In this document: in pieces, positions 13,265 through 24,994 of the stretch
How the letters are laid out: every line of letters starts with the position of its first letter
Numbering within the stretch: the stretch's first letter is position 1
Source: Takakia lepidozioides
Lineage: Eukaryota; Plantae; Bryophyta
Direction of reading: 5' to 3'
Length of the DNA: 64,000 bases
Assembly: GCA_030704615.1 (NCBI GenBank)
Contig: CM060731.1
Location: 65,472,001 to 65,536,000, forward strand
Notes under the pieces: model-generated
What the model was told of the DNA's origin: nothing
The model's database searches: none
The model's input: only the letters and a program-made list of their open reading frames with translations
Position numbers and translations under genes: made by a program

Positions 13265-13620
13265 TGAATCCATCACAAACCTCCCTGACTCTTCTCATAT
13301 CCATTGTGCATTCATCTACAGTGTATTCATGCGTGCTCCATTCATGAATGTTTTCCTTTGTTCAACATCCATTGTACATTCATCCTCTGTACTCTTTAAT
13401 CCACCCCACAAACCTTCCACACTCATTTCATATACGTTGTGCATTCGTCAAAAGTTTTGGTCATGCATCTTCCTGTCATGAATTTTTGTCATTGCTCAAC
13501 ATCCATTATACATTCATCCATTTTACTCTTATCCATCCCTCATTCATCCATCTACATTCATTTTTCACACTCATCCATCTGTTTATCATCCAACTGAACA
13601 TTCATCCATCCTTTATTCAA
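13265..13620 (+). repeat. Subterminal CATTCA/CATCCA-rich low-complexity array of the MULE
   Basis: Many CATTCAT/CATCCAT motifs; inverted copies at about 33545-33900 and 61410-61760. Confidence 0.7.
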
Positions 13621-13699
13621 TGACTTTTATATGTCGTCCAGCTTGTTTCCGCGGTAAAGGGTGCAATCCGGGGAATACACTCCACTTCTTTCTGGGCGC

Positions 13700-13825
13700 G
13701 TGGTGACGGCCTTCACGTGTGATGACGTGGAGTGAGCCCCGTGACGTGGCATTGGCGCAAGTGACGTGGCGTGAGCGCAATTGCGCTCACGCGCTCACGT
13801 GACCAGGCTCACGCCGAGGCATCCC
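13700..13825. repeat. MULE right terminus: GACGTGGC/GCGTGAGC cluster with a 24-bp palindrome
   Basis: GCGTGAGCGCAATTGCGCTCACGC at 13769-13792; three GACGTGG copies; CACGTG boxes. Confidence 0.75.
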
Positions 13826-15388
13826 TGGGCTGAAATGGAGAAGTACCATTTGTGTGGGACTGATGAGAGCCGCACACGTGCGCTAGTGTCGCGCAAGCCC
13901 TTGATGCGCGCAAAAAGACGACCGCAAGCTGGGCATGGGGTACGGTCTGATGGGAGAGGCGCATGCTGTCGGGGTAAGAGTGATGGGGTCGGCAATGCAG
14001 GCTGCACAACTGGAGAAGAAGTGACTGGCATGGGACGTCTAACCCTACCTGAGAGGCGCAGTGGGGGAGGGCTCAACAGACACTGTGGGAGTTCTTCGGT
14101 CGGTGGGGCGCCAATGGAAGAACCTGGAAATCAGCGGTGGAGAAGACCGTTGTGAAGAGGACGACTCTTCTTGAACTTGGTGTCTGGAGCTTGGACTCTG
14201 GTGCGCATCAGGAACATGTGAAGAGCTAGGGGTAGGGGTACTTGGCGTTGGGGTCTTCCAGAGGAGCAGGTCTTCTAGCAGGAGCAGTTTGCGGCTGTGT
14301 TCAGCACCTCTCGTTGCTCTGGGGAGCGAACTGTCAGGATGGTGGAGTAGGCAGTAAAGGGGTTGTGGTGAGGGCTGGAGCTGGCTGCCTGTACGGCGTC
14401 GGGGCTGAACAAGCTGGGGGACGAGCCGATCGAGGCCGCCTGACCGGCGTGGGGCCCACTGTTGCACAACGTCCGCTTGCTCGCTTAGCGCTGCTACCTG
14501 TCGCTATTGCCAACACCTCCACTAACTTGGTGGCGCTGCAGGCCTTGCCGAGGTCTGGCGGCGACGCCGCTCATCGTACTTTTCACTTTCCTTCTCTTTG
14601 TCTCTCTCGCCCTCTAGATACGATCGCACACCCGAAAAGCCAAAGGACAGCCTTCACCGGCGTTGGCGCTCTCTTTCGCGCTCAGTGGAAAAGCACAGTG
14701 GAATTCACTTTCTAAAGGTCTCGTTGCTTCCCTACTGCCACAAAATACGGACGGAGTGGAAATTCCATCCGGGACATAAACTGCGACGCCATAAGAATCA
14801 AGAGTCAAAGGTCCAAACTCACTTGAAATTCGAACCGCTCTACAGGACCACCATAGATACATCAGACGAGAACTTAGGGAACTTCACGTGAGGCAGTCAT
14901 GGAAACCAGCCAACTCTTACAGCAAAACTCCAGTTCTAACGAGAGAGAGAGAGAGGAGAGGTAGACTTTGTCTCTGACTGTTGCGATTTACCGACGTGAA
15001 GATTCCAGATCAAGAAGTGTGGCAAATTGTATCAGTGACCACTTGCTGAGACCAAGCAAGAAAGATTAGCATTGTACTTCACGATTACAACCTCTCATTT
15101 TTTAACAAATGACTACTACCTAGCACACACAATAACCTCCTACCGCAATAAACAACCCATTTCATTCACTATTTTCTTGACTCTAAGACAGCCCTCCCCT
15201 TAAAGAAAAGCCTGGTAGCAGCACTCTGCATGGGGAATACCCTCCTAATTCAATAAACCAGCCTCCCCCCTTAAAGGAAAGCCTACTAGCACTTTGCTAC
15301 GAACTCAATGAACACCTTAGTTGACTCTCAGGCAACACCCCTTCATTGAATATTGGAATGTTCACATCAAAAAAAGTATTAAATACCG

Positions 15389-15460
15389 TGCGGCGAGCGT
15401 GGATCGAACACGCGATCTTCAGATCTTCAGTCTGACGCTTTCCCAACTGAGCTATCCCGC
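15389..15460 (-). tRNA. tRNA-Phe(GAA), plant cytosolic type
   Basis: Reverse complement reads GCGGGATAGCTCAGTTGGGAAAGCGTCAGACTGAAGATCTGAAGATCGCGTGTTCGATCCACGCTCGCCGCA. One G is short in the 5' homopolymer (possible read error). A T-run terminator follows at 15369-15375. Confidence 0.92.
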
Positions 15461-16154
15461 TATATAGACCTAATACTAACCGCTCTCTATATATTTACTT
15501 TCAGCTAAATCTATAGACAGGAAAACATAATGGAGAATCGACGCTTTCCCCCCTGAATTAGCTTTGCTTCCGTCGGCTCGACAGGAACATGAAGACGAGG
15601 AAACAGTGGAGAATTTGCGAGAGCCCAGCTGCTGCGAGATACCATCGTTCCTCGACAATTACTTTCTTCTCACTCGCTGTGGCCCGTACGCTATGCATCT
15701 GCTACACGGAAGCGGGATGGGTAGGCAATGTGAGAGCGGATGGATTGTAGGAAGGCGTGAGTTCAGAATTGGCAGAGCATGAAGCATCGTGGTTGCAAAG
15801 TTTTGCGGGCTTCTGTGCTGAATTGGCGGGGTGGCTTTTGAGACGCCGTCTCTTTGGAATATGCTCAGCTTGGGCATGCATATGAGGTAAGGGTGAGTGT
15901 GTATGTGCGTGTGTGCTTTTTCTGTATAGGTTGTTGAAATTATGCACGGAGAGGAAGCATGAGCTGAAGAGTTTCCGTGTTTATTTGGGCTCAGTAGTTC
16001 CACCTTAATTGGGGCACAGAGAAAATTGTTGTAGGGATCACCAGTTGGATACATCGTCAGGAAGGACATTTGTACTGTCTGCGTATCTGAAGTGGCACAG
16101 TGGTCATCCGATTGGCACGACTTCGTTGTGTCCAGTTTACCCCAGTGCTTCAGA

Positions 16155-16158
<4 letters not shown>

Positions 16159-16200
<42 letters not shown>
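16159..16200. repeat. (GA)n microsatellite upstream of lipase
   Basis: About 21 GA units; inverted copy at about 54763-54804. Confidence 0.95.
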
Positions 16201-16203
<3 letters not shown>

Positions 16204-16350
16204 ATCCGGGATTCGAATTCTGGGAATCAGTGATTGGGCCCCACTGTAAAAGAGAGCTTGTGGGATCAGGTCTCAGTTTATCCTTTGCCTCATCATATAA
16301 TTTCTCTTGTGCCTGGTCGCCTTCTCATTCGTGCGAGAACAGATTGGAGA

Positions 16351-19300
16351 ATGGAGGTGGCTGTGAGGAGGGTAGTCATGGTTGGGGCAGCAATAAGCTT
16401 GCTTCTGCTCCTTGCTCCAGCCTCGTCAGCTGCTAACACAGATGCCGAGACAGGTTAATGACTCCTCTTCTCTGGGATTCCTGTCTCTTGCAAAAGCTGA
16501 TGGGGATGATGATATCCTTAGTTGAAAAATTATCACAAACAAACTCTGCAAAGTGTGGAGAGAGATACACCAGGTTGTGTCTGCTGGGCAGCTAGGAGCA
16601 TTTCATAATAACCAGGGAGGCAGATTTCCATACTTGGGCCTGGTGACCTTGCAGTAAACCTAACAATCAGAGGCTGCCTTCACTGAAAACAGATGTCTTA
16701 AGTATGCTTTCCTCATAGGGCTTGGTTCTTCCACAGGGATCGGCTATGCTTCCAACATGATCTGTAGTAGGGGAACAAGAAAGTGAAATACATGTCCAAT
16801 TTAGACAGTGGTATGGTTTGGAGGAAAACTGTCTGCAGCCCATAGTTATCACACATAGGTGATACAATGCACATTTGCCCAGCACTAATGTCCAGTAGGA
16901 AATGGTTTGACTCTGCAGAAGTGGAAGTGGTCACAAAGATGTCAAATGGCTGTCGGTATAATAGAACCATGGCTCTCATCCTTGTGGAGTATGCATCGGC
17001 GGTAAGGGCCCCATTCCTGTTTTTTTGTGCTATTGTTCCTTTCGACTAATTATGGAATCTTTTGATATGGTTTGTGTCTCCTGACAAAGTGGCAAATGTT
17101 TTGGATAGGTCTACATAGAAGATGAGCTTGCACTGCTCTCTTGGAGCTGCTCACGATGTGAAGATTTGACCAAGGTGGGCCTGTCGTGTGCAATTTGTGG
17201 TTCATTTGTGGCCATGGTATTTTGTGGTTTGAACATATTTATTGTCAAACTTCGCAAGGCTGGGTGAGAAGGCGTGGACCGAAAATCTTGGGATGCTGTG
17301 CTATTACCCAGTCCAGTGAACTTCGCTTATGAGTTATGAGAAGGAGGGAAAGTTGGAAACTATGAAAGGGAGTATTGTGATTCTGTGTACACTGTGGGTG
17401 TATTTGTTTCTTCACTGGACCAAACGAATGAATTACAATTTGCAAAAAGGAAAATCAGATTGTCAATGGACATGATATCATGATGGTCATACTCCGCTGC
17501 TGATTGAACTGTGTTTAAGAGCTTGTAAATGGATGGGCCTACTTGCACACATCAGGAGGTCTACTTACTTTCCACGGAGGGTTCATTGATGAATCTGGAG
17601 TTGGATCTGTGTTAATACATTATGGCAGGGATTCAAGATTCATACTCTTTGTGGATGTTCAACATTGCCTCCAGGTGTGCAACAGCATGCTTGAACTGCT
17701 ACTCTTTGCTAATCCTCTCTTGCAGCGAGTTTTGCCTTTGGCTCATGGAGGAGAGATCAACTCGTTGGGAGGGGAAATTTCGCATGAATTGTTCTTCGGT
17801 AGGAAAGTAACGCACTATAATTTTTATGCATAGGCTTGCTGGAACTTCATCTATGTGCATCGCAATTCAAATATTCCAACCAAGATAAATGTGAATAACG
17901 GAGCTGGAGTGCAAGCAGTATTGACAACGTGTCTTTCGGAGCATGGGTGGGAAAGGAAGACAGACAGAAGCTTGGTGATTTAGATCAGGGGTCGGTCAAT
18001 ACCAAAAGAATTACTGGTTAAATGCAGGCCTTTGTTGGAGTGGCGGAGAATTTGAATGCAATTGTGATAGCATTTCGTGGCACCCAAGAAAGCAGGTATT
18101 CCCTTGATGATGGTGAATTTAGGAACAAAAGTTTGCAAAACTACATTCAGTTGTTGTTAGTGGTTGATATGATCAGTTTTGTCTTCCCTCTGTCACAGGT
18201 TGATAGTTGTAGAGGAGGATTTCAAGGTGTGGCAGTTAGGTGTGTGTTCACAACTAAATATATGGCACTCGTTCTGTTCCTTCCCTCCTACTCCTTCCTC
18301 CCCTTTCCCCTCCTGAATCATGATTTTTTTCACATTTTATTGTTAAGAGATGTTGTTAAACAGATGCTTGTCCAGTGGTATCCAGAAAGATCTGCATGCT
18401 TAGAAGAGAGTTGGCTAACGCGCAGATTACTGGTGGGGATATCTGGTAGTGTGCAGAATTGGGCTGAGGACTTGTACTTTAGACAGCTTGATCTCAATTA
18501 TCCGGGTGTCACTGATGCTATGGAGGGCATTATTCACCTTCTCTCCTGCATGCCAGACAAGCTTTTAGGCATGATATCCAAACTACAGATTACTTTTTAA
18601 TGTGTATGACTTGACATCTAGGACTGTACAGATTGAAGGTTTTGATTAGTCACCAAACACTGAGTCTCTAAACCCGAAATCCTGTCTCTGCCCAGCCAGA
18701 TTGGACTTTAGGTACTCCCTATGAACGGGAATCACCGAGCATATGGGTGGCATGGAGCTAGCAAACGTACGGCGTGGCCCCAACCGCAGTCTTGTTTTCC
18801 ATGACGACTTGCAATTCATGATCTTGACTTGTGATCTATGTTGTGGCCAGGTACATCAAGGGTTCTATTCAGCATATCACAACACCACAGTTCGTGACAG
18901 CATACTCACTGCTGTTCAAGCTATACAACAGGAAAGGGATGGGCTCCACTTCTTGGTCACAGGCCACTCAATGGGAGGGGCTATGGCTTCCTTTTGTGCA
19001 CTTGATCTCGCTGTACGTTTGGTCATCTCCCTCTCATCCCAGGCTTGCAAGGGCTCAAAACTTTCTTGTCATCAGACAATCAGTCAAGCTTGCTGAATTG
19101 TGAACTAGCTCCAAAATGAGAAGCAGGTCCCTTTGCTCAACAAAATACTTTTGCAGGCACAAAGGGTTTAAGCAAGTCCTGGCTCATAGAGATTTGACTG
19201 GGTCCTAACCTGTTGGTCTAAGCCAAATAACTGGTATCAGTAGTGATACTGGTCGAAGGAAGGGACAATACTCTCTGTCATCTTCTACTCCCTAAACAAT

Positions 19301-20727
19301 AGTGCTTCCTTGCAGGCGAACTATGGTGTTCAAGACATTGAGATTATCACATTTGGGCAGCCACGAATTGGGAACTCTGTGTTTGCAGTATATTACAATG
19401 AGCTTGTCCCTCGGACTATTCGAATGACACATGCCAACGATCTGGTGCCACATCTGCCTCCCTATTACACTCTGATAGGCCCACGTTCCTACCATCATTT
19501 TGCAACTGAGGTATGTGTGTGTGGCGGTCAATCATTTCTGTATGTTCAGAGCTTATGCTAAATTTGGCAGAAGTGTGGACCTTTTTTAAAGAATGTTTTT
19601 CTAGGAACATGAATGTGTCTATTCAGTTGGAGAGTCTCAATCTTGTCATATATTGAGATGCTACTGGCTATATGCAATTTTGTTGCTGATGTTCTTTGTT
19701 CACACTTGGTAGGTTGGTTTGGTTTTTGCTTCAGGGGCTTTGTTTGTCAATAGTGCAATCAGTCTGTCCTTGCATGAGTACAGTTATGTATTCATACATA
19801 TATTGTGTGTTCATGTATCATGTATTCGACTGACATATTCTAAATTTTGCTTGCTTGATGCACAGGGTTGACATCCAGCTTAATATTATCTGGGTTAGAC
19901 TGTTGAGTATACGTGAATAGAGATTGATGCATCAAAGTTGATGCAGGTGTGGCTCTTCAAGATTGCTGTGGGTCGTCTGCAGTATGAGTTTGAGCGGGTT
20001 TGTGACAGTTCTGGGGAGGACCCTACCTGTAGCAGGTCGGCTTTCTTTCATCTCTTCCACTTGGCATTCTATCTTCCTCTTTCTCTTTCCCTCTCAACAC
20101 TCCCTTCTAGTCAGTCAAAAACCATGGGGTGTACCTCTACTGAAAGGTTGCTGAAAGAATGCAAACAATGTTCCATTTAGAGAACAGGAGCACTATCACT
20201 GACATTGAATTCATTATGTGAACAATGGATTTTTGGAAGATTTCAGTCTGTTTCTACAGCTTCAAAAGACCATTTAATTCCTCTACTGGGGTTGGAGTGT
20301 TCCATCTGAGAAGGTTGCTTGGGCACGCCTGTACAGACCATTGCGGGTTTTCCAGATGAAAATTACTATTTTGTTACTCTGCGACTACTATCTAGCTCAA
20401 GGGCTACCTGCAGAGTAACAGACGAGGGGTGGATGGCAGGGAATTAAGGGGAGAAGAGCAGGCATAGTGTGCTTATTTGTGGTTCTCACATTCATTTCGA
20501 GTCTTATGAATCCTGATATTTATGTTGCCTGTTGGCTATGGGAACGGTGCAGGTCAGTCAAAGGCAACAGCATTTCGGATCATCTCAACTACCTTGGTGT
20601 CTACCTTAGGACTGAAGACAATATAATGGCCACAGACACTGAATTTCTCAAAGGGAAATCTTTGCTTAATTCCAACCTGGATGTTCCCGGCAAGCCCAGG
20701 AAAGCCACAAATGGGAGCTTATTGTAG
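16351..20727 (+). CDS. Secreted class-3 lipase (alpha/beta hydrolase), 10 exons
   Basis: Exons approx 16351-16453, 16919-17001, 17109-17174, 17629-17674, 18028-18095, 18450-18522, 18851-19012, 19316-19510, 19947-20035, 20553-20727. Signal peptide; IAFRGT, VHQGFY, VTGHSMGG, TFGQPRIGN, HANDLVPHLP, ISDHLNY motifs. Confidence 0.92.
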
Positions 20728-22926
20728 CACATGCAACGTGCTTAGGTGTTCTGCATCATGGCTGCATCATGGTTGTTCGGGCCATTATCTTGCTGGTTTA
20801 TGTACTACCATCCATTTGTACAGTCAGACGTACGGTCCTATCAGACCAAAGAGAGGTCCTGAAGGTCCAGGTGCGTTCTCCGTCATTGGAAATTTATGTT
20901 GACATTTATTTACATGAAGGGTGACTGTCTGCCAACCCACACTTTGGGTAGTTGAAGAGTGACACCCACTTTACTATAGTGGGTTCAACCAGATGTGCAT
21001 GACAACTACAATTTATCAAAGAGATCTGTTGCCGCTAGCTGACTGAGAACCATCCAACTTCCTGATTGCACAGGAGTCTCAACAAACCTGTCTTGAATAT
21101 TACCCCCGATCACTTTGGAGTCCGGTGGGTTGGCCCCCATGAAAGCAGCATGGTGATTGTAGGCATCCATTGTTACGAAGGGTACCACATGTCCTGCGAA
21201 CATTGGCCGCTTCGGAAGGGATGAGGATGCGAGGTCTGACATTAGAGTGATTTAGTGGTGACAAGTTGATGCGGTTGCTGGCAGAGTCCGGGGAATTGCT
21301 GAAGGGATGATTATTGGTTGGTGTCTCTTCAGCAGTTGAAATTGCTAATTGTCCAGGTTGGAATCCTCCCAACACATTAGCATCCCTATGGGTGTGCTTC
21401 ATGGAGCACTCTACAACTAGCCAACCTAATGTTGGAAAGGGGATTCGGACATACTTGGTTACAGGACATTGAAACTGACCACGATTTTGGGTCAGCAGAA
21501 GAAGATTTCAAGCAACTTCCATTGTGAGTGGCCACTGCCCATGATAGTTTCTTATTGTTTGAGTGTTGGGAGCACCAGCACCACATTGTAGTCTGATTTA
21601 CATATTTGAGATCAGCGGGTACCAATGGGCTTGGTCCTTGCTCTCTTTGATCTCTGAAATTGAAAATGGCTTTGACTGGTTTGGTTCTATACCGTCTTTT
21701 TATGTGCTAGACATGACCCAAGCTGCAAACATGAGTGGATCTGGTTGCTATGGCTCCCAATCCAAATGCTCAGAGAAAATAATTGCATAACGATTTAACA
21801 TAAAGCAACTCAGATATCATCCCTGCCAAAGTATAACTCTTGCTACCTACATGTGGAAAACACACATCTCAGTAATCGTGACATGCCTGTACACAAATCT
21901 ATGGGTGTCCTCCATCATCTAAGCTTTCTAGTAGTGCCTCCAAATTGCATTCAGTTTGGTGCACAATACTATGCTTGAATTCTCCGCAGAACAACAAATC
22001 TTTAGCCATCATCTCCTCTCCAAGTGGCCAACAATAGAAACTTTCTGGTCCTTACAACCACAACATCCTCCACTACTAGGGCTGTTTCAAGGAAGTCCTC
22101 AAATGTCTTACAGTAGGCAGTCTTTGTGGCTTACAAGTGCTGGAATTGTGCCTTTTGTTATAACTTTTTCTTTGGTTCAAAAGCTTCAGGGAGCGACTCT
22201 CCTAATACATTGCAGCTGTCTCAGCGCCTGCCAGCGGTGCCCCGAGTTCTGTAATCTTGATATATGGCCTAACCTGTTCTGCAGTCTGAAGTCACAGTTT
22301 CTCTTGGTCCATCCTTACCCTATTGAAAGACAGTCTATGTCGTCATGCACCGAATCCCAATGCGCTTGAAGCATTCTTTCAATGCTGTTTCTTTGTGAGA
22401 ACCCACATGTATCCCACAACGCACATTCAACATTGAAAAGATCAGGTCACGAAATTGCAATTGCCCATCCTCTTCTCTCACTGCACGCTTCCTGCCATTG
22501 TCAATTTGGGATGGTGAAGCTGACGCTTTCATTCTAAGTTGTCTATGCTTGATTAACCAGATTGATTTCAGCAGGAGTACGTTGGTGGATGGGGGATCAT
22601 GGGAGACCTTTCCATTGCAGGAGCACTTCAAGATGCTGACGTAAATTTATATGTTCGTTTCCTTTCCCGGAGCTGACTGCGAAATCAAAGGCCGAGCTCA
22701 AACTCAGACGACAACGATGCAAACTGCAGTGAACAGAAGAACAACCGCAGCACAGAACGCTTTTGAATGATTATAACACCAAAATATGTGTTATGAATTT
22801 TTCTACTTTGCGAAGCTTGGAATCACTCCCTCACCCACACTGCCCTTCGAAGCTACAAACCTTGCAAGAAAGTTTTTCTGCAAGATCGTCGCTACCGCTT
22901 TTGTACATTCCATCACCCGTAAAGCG

Positions 22927-22992
22927 TGCGGTGAGGGTGGATCGAACGCGGCCTTCAGATCTTCAATCACGTTCATGCCACATAAGAGTCGC
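22927..22992 (-). pseudogene. Degenerate tRNA-Phe-derived sequence
   Basis: The 3' half (TGAAGATCTGAAGGCCGCGTTCGATCCACCCTCACCGCA on -) aligns to the tRNA at 15389; the 5' half is decayed. Confidence 0.7.
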
Positions 22993-24994
22993 AAATCCAA
23001 CAAAGAATAACGTCTAACTCTTTCTTTACCCAGTCCACCTTTCTGCTTAAGGCTGCACTAAAAGACAAGGAGAGTTGGGTATCTGAAGTTCAGTCTCCGA
23101 AATACATATTCAGGACGCTTTGCGTCGAAAGAAGTACCATGTCAGATGCCAGTCGTGTGCAATCACTCATTCTCACTTCCTTACTGGCAGTTTAGGCTGT
23201 CCTATGGGTCCTTCCTAACCTAGACAAAAATCCTAACTTAAACTCCTCAAGTAGCTTCAATGAAACTCATCTAGAGGAGGACAGTCTTGACATGAGTTAA
23301 GAAAGAGAACTTCAGAATCTTAAAAAATATTTCTGCGGAAATTGAGCAATCTCAGGCTTTACAAATTCGACAATGCACTTCGATCCAGATGTTACACGTG
23401 AGCAATCGACATTCACTGTATTGGATATACACTTGGGCATCTACCAGAGTCAAGAATCACAAACATACATAGTTAAAGAATATCCTCACATATAGGTATC
23501 ATCTCCCTCCGCTGTCTCAGATGTCCTAAGGCTCGGCAAGTTAAGAGGAGCATTGCAGTTTCATTCATGTCACTATGTCAAAAGTGTTCCTTACCTCGCA
23601 GAAGCCATTCACCATGGAGCTAAAGAAAACTCCAAAAACAGCAAATCAGCAGCTGATGCAAATGGGAGAGCTCCGACATGCTCACACCCAACAATACCAC
23701 CCTGCTGCTGACTGTGCCTCCTCCAATTGCAGCTCGGCCAGGCTTCATCTCCCTCCCTGGAATGTAGTCGACATCAAGTAAAATCCACGCAAGGCAGCCC
23801 TCTGTCGGGACAGCGGGGGAAGAGGAGGAGGCAACAAGTCGCATTGCGGTGGGAAGAGTGGGGGACGATCCACGTCCTATGCAGCAGGAAGTAAGACCGA
23901 GTTGCTCGTTCTTCCCCAAAGCCTTGCTCTGCAGCATCTGGTATGGCCGCGTAAACAAAACGCACAACCCACAACTGATCTCATCACATTGTGAGCTCTG
24001 CAAGATCGCCCACAAGTCATGATCCAGGGATGGTTGCACCGCGTCATTCATGTCTGATGCCCATCGCACAGCTTCTGCTGACTAGATGATGAGGATTTCC
24101 AACAAAAGGTCTGTCTGCATGTGACAGAGAGTGGTCACGTAAAAAATGCATGCAATAGAATGCAATTGGACGAGGCAAAGGCGACCGTTAAGCTACAGGA
24201 TTGGCCGCTGCTCTCATTCGGAATAGGGTTAGGAGTGGCCCTCCGATGGTTCAGGAGAGCCACTCTTCCAGTTTCTTTCTTGCAGGGGGTAGCCGTGACA
24301 TCGATGAGCGAAGTGGACGTGGTAAGCGCCAAGCGGGGCTGCAGCCATGCATGGAGCATCGTAAGCATGTACCGTCGGAGGTCTGAATGCCAAGATCCAG
24401 GAAATAAGTTTGAGAGGAATTTTTTTTCACGTCAGAATCCCCTATTAGACGGGAGTCCCTTGAGTACTATGATCTCGTGCAGCTAGAGCTGAGTGGTGGA
24501 CCTGGAATGAATTAGACGGAGTTGAGAAAAGGAATGTGCTTTTTCGCTGTGGCATAAAGTTTCCTATTTGTGGAAGAGTCCTTATCTGCGTATGTAGATT
24601 CACTAGCATGACTGCCTTTTCCTTTTGTTAAAAATATATGGAGTCCCTTGAGATGGCTCGATAAAAGGGTCGAAGGTAACACCCTCAAGAGTCATGTTGC
24701 GATTTTAAGGAGGACCTTTCTGTTGAAAGTATAGATATAGATTGGAGGAAGAGACCTCTTTGGAGTTTTCAGCATGACAACATTGGTGGCGCGAACAGGA
24801 CGTCATCAACAACGTTACGAACTTGGATATCGCCTTGTTGCCGGGTGCGCCCTCTACGCTCTTGATCTTTACTTGTGATGGGGAATGGACAATGTTTATG
24901 TTTGTTGGAGACCACTTTAGGTTTGTACGTGACCCAACACTAACTAGTTCCAGGACGCTCAAGGGGATCAGGTCCAGAAGCTATAGTAAGCTAC

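Larger units (their letters stand above)
2507..13825. mobile_element. Mutator-like DNA transposon (MULE), 11.3 kb, two divergent genes, weak TIRs
   Basis: Flanked by the direct repeat TGGGCTGAAAT (2496-2506, 13826-13836) inside the CRE. Encodes a DDE/SWIM transposase. Ends share short inverted GGCGTGAGC..CGTGAGCGCG motifs. Confidence 0.88.
1..14574 (-). mobile_element. CRE-clade (RLE-type) non-LTR retrotransposon, frameshifted, interrupted by a MULE at 2507-13825
   Basis: RT motifs VLQVDITNAFNTVSR, GTRQGDPL, MADDTHIVG (1002-2078). C-terminal GAGAWL..ALRLRLG and CxC..H..C knuckle (25-663, 215-430). N-terminal CPACGRLF zinc-finger-like motif near 13900-13950. The sequence is continuous across the MULE TSD. 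The 5' boundary (ATG 14574) is approximate. Confidence 0.8.

Noticed and set aside
15190-15296. Two short direct repeats (GCC..CCCCTTAAAG..AAAGCCT..TAGCA) downstream of the tRNA
   Set aside because: Only two degenerate units with no supportable function.
21000-24500. Possible decayed minus-strand gene(s), with weak F-box/LRR-like peptides near 23250-24120
   Set aside because: Many stop codons and no motif I can assign with confidence.
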